From Chrysomallon squamiferum (lineage: Eukaryota > Animalia > Mollusca): a stretch of DNA of 64,000 bases. A program made the position numbers and the translations under genes. Numbering within the stretch: position 1 is the first letter of the stretch; each line of letters starts with the position of its first letter. Positions 1 to 27,194 of the stretch are shown piece by piece. The stretch is from contig CM022667.1 in NCBI GenBank assembly GCA_012295275.1, forward strand, positions 12,524,001 to 12,588,000, read 5' to 3'. The notes under the pieces were generated by a model. The model made no database searches. It saw only the letters and a list, made by a program, of their open reading frames with translations, and was not told where the DNA came from.

Positions 1-649
1 CGTGAGTCCCAAAAACCAGTTTTTTTAATCAGCTGATTTACTTTAACATCCCAGGTTGTCTTCACAGTAATTCACAGACGCATAAAAATAAATAATTTAT
101 GAACACGCCTGTTTATTCCATGCCATACATCAACGATTCTCTTACACGTATGTAAATCAAACAATGAGAAATAATGTCATTTCAGCTTACATAATTTACA
201 GGTAAGATCAGGTAGATAGATATAAAACGCGCGTTTCTATAAGGTAAATTACAGGTGCTTTGTTTGTTAGTTTCGTAACGTTGAGTTTAAGCTTTGTAAA
301 TTTTTGTTTCGTATTATTGTAACTGATCGTATTAATGACGTAATTTGTTTTGTTTTTGGAATGGACGGTGTTTCGTTTCGTAATATCTTTTTCAAAATTT
401 ACATAGTCAAATTTGGTATTATTACGTTAATCGTTTCTTCGTCTTTGTTTTCTTAATGTCCTGTTATTATTTTGTGTTATTACGTAAACAGTTCTGGTCA
501 GGGGTTTTCCCGACCCAGCCAATGCGCCAAGTATTATGTATCAAAATACTTATAAATGATTCTTTGCTGCTAATCTGCTAGAAAAGCTTACAGATGGTTC
601 AAACAAGTTTGTCAGAAACAAGGAATCATTATAGCAGCACTGGTGGTGG

Positions 650-1055
650 GGGTAACAGTAGTAATAATAATAATGACAGTAGTAATAGTAGTGGTAATAG
701 TGGTAGTTATAGTAGCAGCAATAGTAGTAGTGTTTCTGATAGCAGTAGTAGCAGCAGTAGTAGTAGTAGCAGTAAAGATGTAGTAGTTGAAATAGTAGTA
801 GTTCCAGCAAAGGTGATAGTATTTCTAACTGTACTGAATGGAGAAGTAGTAGCAGCAGTAGTAGAAGTAAAAGTAGTGGTAGTAGTATTATCAGTGGAAT
901 TGTATTAATAGTAGTAGAAGATGTGGAAGGAATAGTAATAAAGTAGCAGTAGTAATAATAGTAATAGTTGCAGTAGTAATGAGAGTAATGATAGTAATAG
1001 TAGTAACGGTAATGACAGCAGTAGTAATAACAATAGTAGTAATTATTGTTGAAGC

Positions 1056-1088
<33 letters not shown>

Positions 1089-1130
1089 TGTTGTTGTTGT
1101 TGTTGTTGCAGTAACAAGAGCAGTGCAATA
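650..1130. repeat. Degenerate (AGT/AAT/AGC/GTT)n trinucleotide microsatellite
   Basis: Visible tandem agt/agc/gtt units; explains the poly-Y/S/L ORFs 550..1128 and 594..908. Confidence 0.9.
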
Positions 1131-1712
1131 ATAACAGAAATGTTAAAATGTTAAAATGAGTGCAGATTTTTTACAAATAACTGGTCCCTGAACCGGATCC
1201 TCTTAAAGAGACAGTTCAGGCACTCGATACACTCACTGGGACTCGTTCTGTCATCCCTGGATATCTTTCATATCAAATTTATTTAATAAAATCTCGTTCA
1301 TTCTAGGCAGTGTGCCTGTATATCAAAATCATTCATCTGTGACACACGCTGTTCGTGACAGGAACACGACAAAAGGTATATAGATTGACACGCTTCGCTG
1401 ACTGTTTTGGTGTCTGGTTCTCTGGCCTAATTTTAATATCACTTGTAAACGATATGAATAAGATGTTTTGCAGTGTAAAATTTCTCCAGTAATAATAAAA
1501 AAATTGTTCGTAGTTCAGTCGAACCTCCCCGTGATTATTAACGAAATAGAATAATGATAAAAATATGTGTTTAGAGCTTTGAAGCGAATACTGTGTCGTA
1601 CCTACGAACTCTGTTTTACGAATTTTAGTATTTTATTATACTAGTTATGGTTCTGTATAAAAAAAAAATAAAAATGAAAATATTTAAAGTTTAAATAATC
1701 ACTTTTTGGGGG

Positions 1713-1762
<50 letters not shown>

Positions 1763-1840
1763 TTAAAGCAACACATTTTACTGAAATTCCATCTAGTAGT
1801 TATTTATTTTTTTGAATTATTATTATTATTATTATTATTA

Positions 1841-1882
<42 letters not shown>

Positions 1883-2339
1883 TTATTTTTATTATTATTA
1901 AATAATATAGTTATTTACGTATTTTATTTATTTTTTTTTTTTTGTTTGTTTGTTGGTTTGTTTGTTTGAACGTCCGTTCATTAATGTATTCATTTTGTTT
2001 TATTTATTTATTTTTATTTATCAGCATGTGCTTCTCCGTAGACTTACACCTAGTTTTCGTCTTCTGTTGTTTGGTTGTTCATTTTTTTTTTTTTTTTCCT
2101 TACACAATTTCGATGCAGATGCAAACTATATGTAATAAAAAACCTCTTTGGTAACTGACACTGTGTTATCTACTATACTCTAGAGTAGATTAACATAATA
2201 ATAGCATGATATTTACATGTTTCACGTTTGTATGTGTGTGTGTGTGTGTATATATTTATATAGATATGAACAAATATACAGATGTGTGTATTTTCACACA
2301 AACATAAGTGCTTAAGTACTTACATGACATGCAGGCAGA

Positions 2340-2620
2340 TATGCATATAATTACATAAATACGTACATACATACATACATATATACATACGACACACATA
2401 CATGTATACATACATACATACATATATATACATATACAAACAAACATATATACATACATACATACATACATACATACATACAAACATACATATATACATA
2501 CATACATACATACATACATACAAATATATATACATACATATATACGTACAGACATACATACGGACACATACATAAATACACATACACATACATGCTTGAA
2601 TATACACATACAAATATACA
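2340..2620. repeat. (CATA/TA/CA)n microsatellite
   Basis: Tandem acat/tacat units; source of the MYVC-type ORFs. Confidence 0.9.
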
Positions 2621-2919
2621 TTCTATGCATATATCCTAAAAACAGGCTATGATAAGGTGATTAAAAAAAAACATGACAATCTGCCATTAACGCACAGAAC
2701 ACGCTGGATTTGCCTCTGCAGGAGAAACAACACTTACTTAACATATTATGATGTTATTTGAAAACTGAGAACAGAAGATAGGCTATTGTGAGAGTTTCAC
2801 TGAAATACTGATGTGCACACAACTGTTTTGTTTCAGTTTTCAGTTCTTACGAATGTTGATGCAGCTGCTGCCCTTAGAAAAAACAGTAACAAACTTAAAC
2901 AGAGACAGACATTCCAATA

Positions 2920-4490
<1,571 letters not shown>

Positions 4491-4639
4491 AGACATATGT
4501 TTCTATTTTATTTGTTGTATTATGTTTTGGGGAAAAAAAATGAAATTCAGATATTAGGGAACAAGCAGATATCAACGAGAATGCGTGATCAAACGTCTAT
4601 AGGCCTATTCGAAATGAGAAATCTTGTACACAGACAATA

Positions 4640-4800
4640 AGTCGACAAAGGCCTATAATCAAAATGAGCAGTTAGGCTCGTAATCAAAGGCCTGCAGTGA
4701 CAGTGACTACTTAGGCATCCTGGGAGTTCATGGCCAAAGGCCTGTAATGACAGTGAACAATTAGACTCCGGCGACAATTCGTGGTCAAAGGCCTTTGTTT
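4640..4800. repeat. Degenerate 40-50 bp minisatellite with CAAAGGCCT core
   Basis: caaaggcct at about 4646, 4685, 4735 and 4786; two units continue with 'tgacagtga...ttag'. Confidence 0.55.
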
Positions 4801-7249
4801 TCAATAAACAAACATGGACAAAGACAGAACACAGAAATCATTTTACGACTCCGCATTGCATTTCGAATCACCTGCGGCTACCAGCTGCCCACCGAATGGT
4901 CAGTGTAGTTTGTTTGACCACACTTTGTGTCTATAATAGTGTCAAGGTATGTGTGCAACTTCTGCACACAAATGACACATGGCAGTGTCTTACACTCACT
5001 CGCCTTTCCCCGGAACAAATTTTAGCCTTCATAAACTATTTTTAAACATCGTAATTATTTTAATTGTTTTATAACAAGTTTTTCTAGTGGTTTTATTAGT
5101 AAAAAAAAAAAAAAAAAATCTTTAAAAGATATTATAATTTTATTATTTAATACTGGTTTAAAGTTTACTGTAGTTAAATAAATAAAAAAGAAAACGACAT
5201 TTTTAAAAATGTCTCCTACAGCTGAACAACCGTTATTATATGTATGTAAATTGTGTATTTGTGTATGTAAATGGACGTTTTTTCTTTTTACGTATGTATG
5301 AATGTATACTATGTATGTGTGTGTGTGTGTATGTATGTATATAGAAAGTATGTATATAACTGTACACAAAAACATGATCATAAAGAAAAGAAAGAAAGAA
5401 TCACTGAAAAAAAAACACACGAAAGAACAAAAATGAAAGCAAACAGCAACAATCAATGTTTAAAAACGACACACAAATAAAACCATCCACCTCTCTGTGT
5501 GTGAACGATCGTCTGAAATCCTATACAAATGACCGTTAAGTCACGTCACGTACCCGCCACACTAACCCACCTACACCCGAAACAGAAGCAAAAACAAACG
5601 TACCTCGTGTTGATTCTTTTTCTTTAGTAACTTCCTTTCTCTCCCGTTTTTTTCCTAACTGCACGCTACTTCGCTTCTTCGCATTTTACCATCGCGGTCC
5701 GAACAGATCCGACTCTCAGAGGCGAGAGGTGAAAAGAACAAAGAACCCAACAACACCACCAGATGAGAGACCAGAAGGCTATAACACTGACCGGGGACGG
5801 TTGAGTGAACATCATCTATTTCGAGACAGACAGAAAGACAGAAACGTGCAGATTGGAATTTATTTTTTTATTTTATTTTTTTTTTAAATGTGATTTACTT
5901 TCTCAAACATCTGTATCCAGTTCACGTCTGGGTTGGAAAGAAAAGACGGGTTATATAAAGAGTGGCGAGAGTTTTTGTAAAATAGAAAGTCAATGAAGCA
6001 GAACGTTTGTGATTAGAAAGTTGATAGTTACGTGTCTGTGTTTGTGTCAAGTGTAGTGAAGTGAAGTAAAAATCAATGGTTTAATTATTTATTTATTATT
6101 ATTATTATTTTTGGTTTTCTTAATGCGATGACATAGCTTGTGCAGTCATGTTTCAACGAGTTTTTACATAGTGATAATTTTGCTATCAAAATATAATTAA
6201 TCATTATTTAAATAGTTCTGGATAAAAATTAGCCCGGCATTTTACAGTCGTATATATTTTGCTAAAAAAAAAAAAAAAAAAAAACAAAACAAAACAAACA
6301 ACAACAACAAAAAACATATAGCTCTATTTTGTTAATGAAAATAAAGTTTTTTTACGGGCTCTGCCCTGTATTGCTATACAAATGTAATACAGGCCCCTTA
6401 CTGATATCAGATTTATAGGTTTCTTTGTTGTTGTGTTTTTTTTTCACGAAATATAATACAGCACTTTAGTCTTATTACAAGTTATCAGCTTTTACGTAGT
6501 GCTGTATGGTCACCAAAGATACTGCTGTTTACTTAGTTACATATTTATATGTATATATTCCATTCAGTAATATATTAATAACAATATTCAGATCACGCAT
6601 AAATTTGCAGTCTAACAATATGCGAACCTAAAAGGGTATATTATTAAGTATATAAGAATAAACATATGACTTTTACTACTGCTTCTTTGCAGTAGTCAGA
6701 CTTAAATAACAACAACAACAACAAAAAAAACAACAATAATAATAATAATAGTTGTAATAGTAGTAGTAGTAGTAGTAGTAGTAGTAACAGCAGTAGTAGT
6801 AGTTGTAATAATATTAATAATAGTAATACTAGTAGTAGTAATAGTAGTAGTAATAGAGTAGTAGTAGTAGTAATAGTAGTAGTAGTAGTAGTAGGAGTAG
6901 TAGTAGTAGTAGTAGTAATAATAATAATCACTGTCGTCATTGTTGTTGTTGTTTTTTTTTTATTTTGTTGTTGTTGTTTTGTTGTTGTTGTTATATAGTA
7001 AACCTGCAGAGAATGTCGGATTTCCGCCTATGTAAATATCTGGATTTGACCTCAGTAATACAATCTGGCACAAGAAAATAAACCGTTAAAAGAAACCAAA
7101 TCGGTGAAATCTGTATCTTTCTGCACTGCTGTGTTTCCTGTAAACACAATATTCTTTTTACAAACTTGACCTTTGTTGCCAGATGTCATATATAAATAAA
7201 CACGTATATGCTGTCATGTGGGTTTTGTGATATTATAATTATTTTGTAG

Positions 7250-7281
<32 letters not shown>

Positions 7282-7292
7282 ATTATTATTAT

Positions 7293-7341
<49 letters not shown>

Positions 7342-9392
7342 TTTAGTGTAAATATGGATTAAACAAATGGGCCTAAAATAAAATAAAATAAAATAAAATA
7401 AAAAATTAAATTTTTAAAAACAACAATAATAAAATAAAACAGACTATATGTAAATTTAGGATATCGTCATTTTATTTTTATTAATTTATTATACAGAAGA
7501 GAATATTATTGCTAGAGTAATCGCCCTTTACCTCACAGGTTATGGCTGCAAAATACATTTGTACGTGGCATAAAAGAACCCTTATCGGTGGGTCAAACGT
7601 AGCCTACATAATGAAGTCATCAGTTACACGACATTTAATCATTTCATCTGTTCAAATGGATTAACTGCAAATGCTCCAAATGAACGCGTCGATTAATAAG
7701 CCTCTCTCTCTCCGGCATGTATTGCGTAATCTGTAATCTAATTTCATCTTCGGCTTTTGGCACATCTTCAAAAGCACACGGACTGTAGTAATGATACGTA
7801 ATACCAATGTTTTCACTTCCGTGTGCTGCCCCCTGGACAGGATGCAGCAACTGACGTTTTGTCAAAATGACGTCACTCTGATTGTCATTAGTTTCATCGG
7901 ATTAAAATAAAAATATGTGAGCGGGTTTGAATAGAAAAGAGGTATGTACCTAAATAGCAGACCGTCACAACCAGTGTGTCAAACATTGTGGTACGTACTT
8001 TCTTGCCTTTAGAAAGGTTACATCAAACGGTTAGTTGGTAATAAAAAAAAAAAAAAAAAAAAAAAAAAAACACTTGGGGAGAGGTTTGAAAATGACGATG
8101 TTTTTTTTTTTCTTTGAAATATGCTGAGAAGAAAACAAAATTAAGCTTAAAATTTGTTAAGTGTCTTTTTTTTTTTTTTTTTTTGTTACATCTGTTAACA
8201 AATTTTCATTCACCCTTTTTCACTAATTTAATGAAACCTAACTGTGATGAGTTCGAGCATAATGATAACTGAAAACGAGAAAAATAGTTAACAGGGCAAT
8301 GAAACCAATAGTTTTTTTATTCAAAGATTTAAGACATAGAAATAAAAGATGATGAAGAAGACGGTCTCGGCGGTACGGCTATGAATAAAACACGTGTATT
8401 TTGTGTCTGGTATTGTGTGTCAGTGTGAACTGACACGTGAGAAGCAATGTTAGAAGGCGAGTTGATATCTCGAGGCCCATTTTGCGGCTGAGAGATTCGA
8501 CATTAGTCAAACGTTTAAATATCACAGAATACAGACACTCGTACAACTCAGTTCACAGTGATTGTAAGACATCTTTAAGTGTGTCTACAGGTAGCTAATT
8601 CTTATAATTATACTTGGTATGCATATATAAACACACACACACACACACACACACAACATATACACAGACATAAATAGAACGATTTCAGCTCAAGCAGGTT
8701 GAACTGTCCTCAAAACTCAGTTAGTTGTTTATAGTCCAGAGGTCATTCAAAGAGATAATATAAACATGTCATTACAATTAAAAATTATTTATTAATTCAG
8801 CGTTCATAAAATGTCAAAATAACATTTTTCATAGAATAAAACATCTCTAAAATAAATTATTTATAATAGCATTTTGACATTTTCATTAATAATTATTTAA
8901 TAACAAACGTATAAACTGAAATGTGGTTTATCTAAAATATCGTAAGAAAAAAATGATAACATTTTAAGGTCTAGTGCACTCTTCGTGTAAGATCGTGACT
9001 TGTCGTATGAAGTCGTGCTTTGTCGGGCTTTGTCGAGGTACCCGTTTCCTCCTGACTGCATATAATTATAATTATAAAATAACCTGAAAAATTCAATACT
9101 CTGCGATGTTTTGTTTTACTGGCGAAATATTTCTAATTTCGTTTGTAAACTTATCAAAACATTATCTATCTTTAAAAAAATGCGAAAAAAAAAAACCTCC
9201 ACCAAAACAAAACAGTGCTCAGTAATAAAGCTATTGCACATTTTTTATAATAGCAGCTTTTATATGATTTTTAAAAAAAAAACGTAATAAAAAGTATAAA
9301 TATTCATCAGAATATAAAATAATCTAACAAAAGGTTGGGTTTTTTTTTTTGCTTAAACAAGGTTGTTACTTAAAGCTTCTTGTTTATTTTTT

Positions 9393-9441
<49 letters not shown>

Positions 9442-10866
9442 TGTGTTTTAAAAATAAAATAAACCATCAAACAGAAGAAATCTTTTCGTACAGTATGAAA
9501 TGGCTTGGCAAAAGGTTTATTATAAAACAAAATCAGGACCTGTAATTCTCCAAAAGTAAAATAGGCCGCTCAAGACGACGCCATTTTTAATCATCAGTGT
9601 CTTAAACATTGTTCATTTGCATAAATGAAGATACGAATCAATCACAAGATGAAAACTATATAAGCAGTTTTTAGACTTAAAATATACAATACTTATATTA
9701 AAAATACGAATTCAAAAAATATATAATTTATCAATGGTTTTTCAAATCGGTAAAATAATATAGGTTATAGATCACACCTTACTTACAAGGGGACGCAAAT
9801 CTAATTGTGTACATAACATTTGCAAACAGCTGAACTGACCTTGTTCCCCTAGTTCTAAAAATAATAATAATAACCAATCCCAAAAGGCATGCTATTTATA
9901 CGATTGGTATTTGTGCGTGTGTCTGTTATATATGTCCATTTGTTTATGTCCTTCTATATTTTATATAATACACCACTTTCCAATATATGTTACGCCAACT
10001 GCTAACTTATTATAATGAGGCAGAACCCTGGTAAGATGCGTTTTTTATACATAGTATAAAGTTACAGATATATTTATACGTTTACAATTCATAATAATTA
10101 TATGTTTTTATTATTTATTTATTTGATTTTATATTATTTGATTTTAATTATTATTTATTTTTTTTTATTTATTTATATATTTTATTGTATTTTTATTTTG
10201 TTCTATTTTATTTATTTATTTATTTATTTATTTTTTATTTATTTTTTATTTTTTTGTTTTAATTTCTATTACGACAGTGACTAGTTGCTATACTCTGAAC
10301 AATAAATGAAATAAATATTTGTTAAGCGTATAGGATGAGATTACGTTTTATTTTTATTTTTTTTTTTTTTCAGGAGTGCAGAGTATGATATACTATTCCA
10401 TATGAACACAAACGACATATATATATATAGTATTAAATTATGTGTCTCTGTGTCTGATGGTCCCATTTTTATTTTACCACTTTATATTCAGCAGTTTATA
10501 ATAAAATATACCAAGCCGATTAAACCAAAACATGAGGTATGTGTGTCTCAATGTCTGTTGGTCCAGTTATTATTTTATTATTTTACATTAACTAATACAT
10601 AATAAAATATACCAATCGAACAAAACCCAAACGAGTTGCATGTGATTTTTTGCGTTGTACAAAATGATGTGCCTGTACGTCTGTCTGTCTGTGTGTTTGT
10701 TTTTCCAGTGTAATTTACTAAGTTACAGTTTTTCCTGTTCTGTCGTTTGGGTGACATTACATACACTACTTGATATTGAAATTTTTTTTTTTTTTTTTTA
10801 CAAATATCAAAATTAATGGAAGGTTTTTTTTTCTTCTTCTTTAAAGTGCTTCTGGTTTTTTTGTTC

Positions 10867-22944
<12,078 letters not shown>

Positions 22945-23189
22945 GGTAACATTTCTACGATTTCTTTTCCAGCCAATTTTCTTTACGTACCAACAGCCTC
23001 GGAGACACGAGTAAACAACAGAAGAAGCAGTACTCTAAACTGCCAGTGTTTTCTTGTACACGTAGAACATCCTCATCAGTCTACACAAACAGCAGAAGCA
23101 GACGGCACTGTGTCGTGATGTCAGTGAAATGTCTTTGAATGTGCTAGAACGGTAGCAACATATGGTTAGACGCCGTTAGTTGCATGTGT

Positions 23190-23345
23190 GTTGCATCACT
23201 AGATGAAATAATTCACCACCCATGTGCGCTTCGCATGACTAAGTATAATAGAACACCGTATGTAGGTCACAGAAACACAGAAAGAGAGCACGCGCGCGCT
23301 ATAGATAGCAGCCGCCATTGAGCGGGGTTTTCTATACGGGCGGGG
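23190..23345 (-). promoter_or_regulatory. Candidate SLC7 promoter: C/EBP-ATF (AARE)-like site, YY1-like GCCGCCAT and GC box
   Basis: gttgcatca at 23190-23198 (TGATGCAAC on -), gccgccatt near 23311, gggcgggg at 23338-23345; locally CpG-rich, 250-400 bp upstream of the ATG. Confidence 0.4.
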
Positions 23346-23422
23346 TCATATCAGTTCCACATCGAGATTGTAAACGGACGAAGTGGCCGGCATTTCAAGC
23401 AGTTTCTCAGTGCTTTTTTTTT

Positions 23423-23458
<36 letters not shown>

Positions 23459-24623
23459 TAATAACTTATGACTGGTTACATCGTGTGTTTTTTTACAATA
23501 TTTTATGTCATCGTGAACACTTGAATCGTCCATCATTATTTAAAGACACATAATTATTAATTTAGAAACATCAAATGAGATATATGCTGCAGGGAAGTGT
23601 CTTTTTTTTCTTCTTGTTTTTTTTTTTCCCCTCGAAGCAATAATGTTCAAAGAGACGATGTATAAATTAAAGTTTCTTTAAAAATAAAAGAATGTAGTGA
23701 AAATTAAAACGCTTACTTCAAAGTTATGATAGATGTTGGCCTAAGTAATATATAGGCCGATATAAATGTTAATGGTAATAAAAAAATAAAATTCTAAATG
23801 ACTTTATGACGTACGTTCCTGAGTAATAAAAGGCACTATTAAACATATTTTTACAGTATCTATTCTATTTTTGTTTTTTTTTTTTTTTTTTTTTTTATTT
23901 TATTTGATTTGATTTTAATTTATTTATCTAAACATAGACACATATATAAAGGCAATTCTGGAAAGTTTATTTTTAGAATGAATATTGTTTATTTGAAGAA
24001 TAAAACGCAGCTAGTAATTGTTGAAATCGCTTTTGTTATATTTTTGGGTAGTAGCAGATTGTATTTCTTTGTTTAGAAAAACACACTTAGGTAATCGGCA
24101 CCGCTTACTACATCATTTTATTATTATTTACATTTATTATTTTATTTTATTTTATTTATTTATTCAGGGTTTTTTTTATTTTTTATTTTTTATTGGTTTT
24201 TTTTTTTTTTTTTTTTTTTTTTTATTTTTTTCATTTTTATTTAATGATAATAAATATTATTATTTTATTATGTATTAATAGTTTTTATTTATTTATTTAC
24301 ATTCTATGTATTAATATTAATGTTTGTATATAAAATTATATTCCAACTGCCTGAAAAATAACATGAAATAATATAGATATTTGATTAAAAACCTGTTGTT
24401 GTTTTAAAATGGATCAATATATGAATACATTTATCAACATAATGTACTTTGGTCATAGCATGACTTTGATATTGACAGAAACAAGGTGTTAGGTTTACAC
24501 AACAACCAAAAAAAAAAGAAGTTTTTTTTTTTTTTTTTTTTTTTTTATTCGTTGATATTAATGATAACAGTATAAAATAAAAAATATAAATTATTTAGTT
24601 CTCTTTTTTAATCACCAGATAAA

Positions 24624-24678
<55 letters not shown>

Positions 24679-26349
24679 TATTTTATTTATTTAGTTATTT
24701 ATTATTATTATTTTTCAAATTTGTCTTTCCCCACATGAATTTAGTAAGTGGTTAACAGAGATGCGTGAATAAATTTACAAACATATTCTGTTCACTATAA
24801 TTCAGTTGTTTATTGTTATTTGCGCTGTCAAAACCAGCCGTTGTGGATGATGTAATACTGAACTTGTGCATCGCGTGTCAAATTTCCGGACACAATATAA
24901 ACATATGTATCATTAAAAGATAATTTTGAACGTTTAACAATAAGGCTCCGGAGTTCAGACGTTCCCGTGTGCCAAGGGAGGGAATCCAGTTTTTCTACGT
25001 ATAATAATCCGGTCTTCAAACTTCATTGTTCATTGATGTGAGCGAAATAAACGATGACCCATTCATTGTTATTATTTAGTTATTTGCTTTTTAAATTGTT
25101 ATTATTGTTATTAACTAATTCAGTTAAGTACCAATTTTTCTTCTATTGAAAATACTAAATAGTGTGTTCTTTTAGCTAGCTAGTTCAAAATACACGCAGA
25201 AATATTGTTATTTAATTTTAAAAATTCATGCCGTCGAAATGTCCTAACAGTCTGTAAAATATTCAGGAACATCATGCAAAGTTGAAGCTTTCAATGCCAC
25301 TGCTCCAACCAGTTTCCACGTTCCAGTGGATTTTTTTTTTTTTTTTTTCTCTTAAACAAAAAGAAGATGTAACTGAAAAATATTGATGAAACGTGTAAAT
25401 TTATTATATTTATTTATATGTATAACACAACAACCCAGTAATGAATTTCTTCTTATTAATATATATATAAAGTTTTTTTTTTTTTTTTTTTTCCCGCCAC
25501 CGATTATTATTTTTTATTGTTCGACTTCTATTTTATTGCTTTATATCCGCATCCTGAATTAGGAAGTTTACACCTGGGTTTAGGTCACATGGTTAAAAAT
25601 AAGTAGTTTCAAATAAATAACTTTTAAAATAAAATTACTAATACTGTGCTGTGATGTTCGGGATATTTTCAGGGGAGAGAAATCGCGATTTTTTTTCTCT
25701 TCGGCTACAAAATCTGAAAAGTAAGTGCAAGCATAATTTAATGATAATTCAGTCGTCAGATCGTTGATCTTATTTTTCTAACGATCTGGTATCTTGTTTT
25801 GTGTGTGTGTGTGTGTGTGTGTGGTTTTATATCTATATATATTTTATTTATTTATTAATTTTTTTATTTACCCTTTTTTTTTTTTTTTTTGGCAACATAC
25901 TGCAGATAAAATAACATACATGTAAAAAAAAAAAAATACACACAAAAGCAATCAGCAAAAATATTTTCCAAGACATAAAATAAATAAAAACAAATACAAA
26001 ACTATTTAATAATTTATTAATACAAGTAAACTTATTAACAATATTTGTTACATTTTCAAAAGAGCTATTTCTTCAGTAAAATTTGAATATAATACTGAAT
26101 AGATATAAAATAAATAGAATGTAGTGCTGAAAAGGCACTCAAAATTTTGATTATATTATTATTTAAAATACTGAGGCAATTTACAGTAAAAAATTTAATA
26201 TTAATATTTATTACTTTTGTGATAATCAAAGTTATTTTTGACAGATATTTATTTTCTTAAAAGTCATTTCTGACTTATTTTAAGATAAAACAATTATAAA
26301 TTGAAGTTATATTAATCACATATTTAACTTTACTTTTAAAATTTGGGGC

Positions 26350-26404
<55 letters not shown>

Positions 26405-27194
26405 TTTAAAATATCATTATTATTATTTTTTATTATTTTATTTTAAATTGATTTATATGATTGGTCAGCCATTTTGAATTTATCAAGTCCACTAACTTTT
26501 TGTTTTCAATAAATCACTTTGTTTCCAATTTTAAAAAAAGTAAACAAACAATTCTTGAACAAATGTTATATAATTATCTAAAAATATTAAAACATAAAAT
26601 GGATTTCTGAATTATGAAATTTGTACTTCAAGAACTTGATAAAATATTTATTTTATAAAAACTCCTGAATATTTCAAATTTTCATCTTAAAACATTTCTA
26701 TCAATGTCATTTATTTAAATGATAACAGTAGAGCTAATATGAACATTCGATAAAATGTAACAATCTGCATAAATCTTTTGTACTTCTAAAAATTAAAATA
26801 AAACATTAATAATAATAAATGTATGTTCGTACATTAAATAACATTCTTAAAGTGGCATTCTCAACATGCAATACGTTTTTTTCCACCATCTGTAACAATA
26901 AATACTTGTCCTTTTTCTCACCACAAAATAGTTCTTAACAAAACAGAACTTGATAAAATAATATCAAATAATACATTCTCTTACTCTCTTACATGATTTA
27001 AATTTTATGTTAAAATGTATCAATGGACCAAAATTTTAATTTGATTGATTTGTGAGGATAAAGGGTAAAGTTGTAAGTGACATGGTCTGTGTTATAACTG
27101 CATTTTGAGAAGGCCTCTTAAATGATATATGCCTCTTTGTTCTAGCTGCCCTACACCAATGAATGAGGAAGATCTGAAGATTATTTGGTTGGTT

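Noticed and set aside
7644-7865. 73-aa non-repetitive ORF on the minus strand
   Set aside because: Non-ATG start, no recognisable domain and no convincing splice context.
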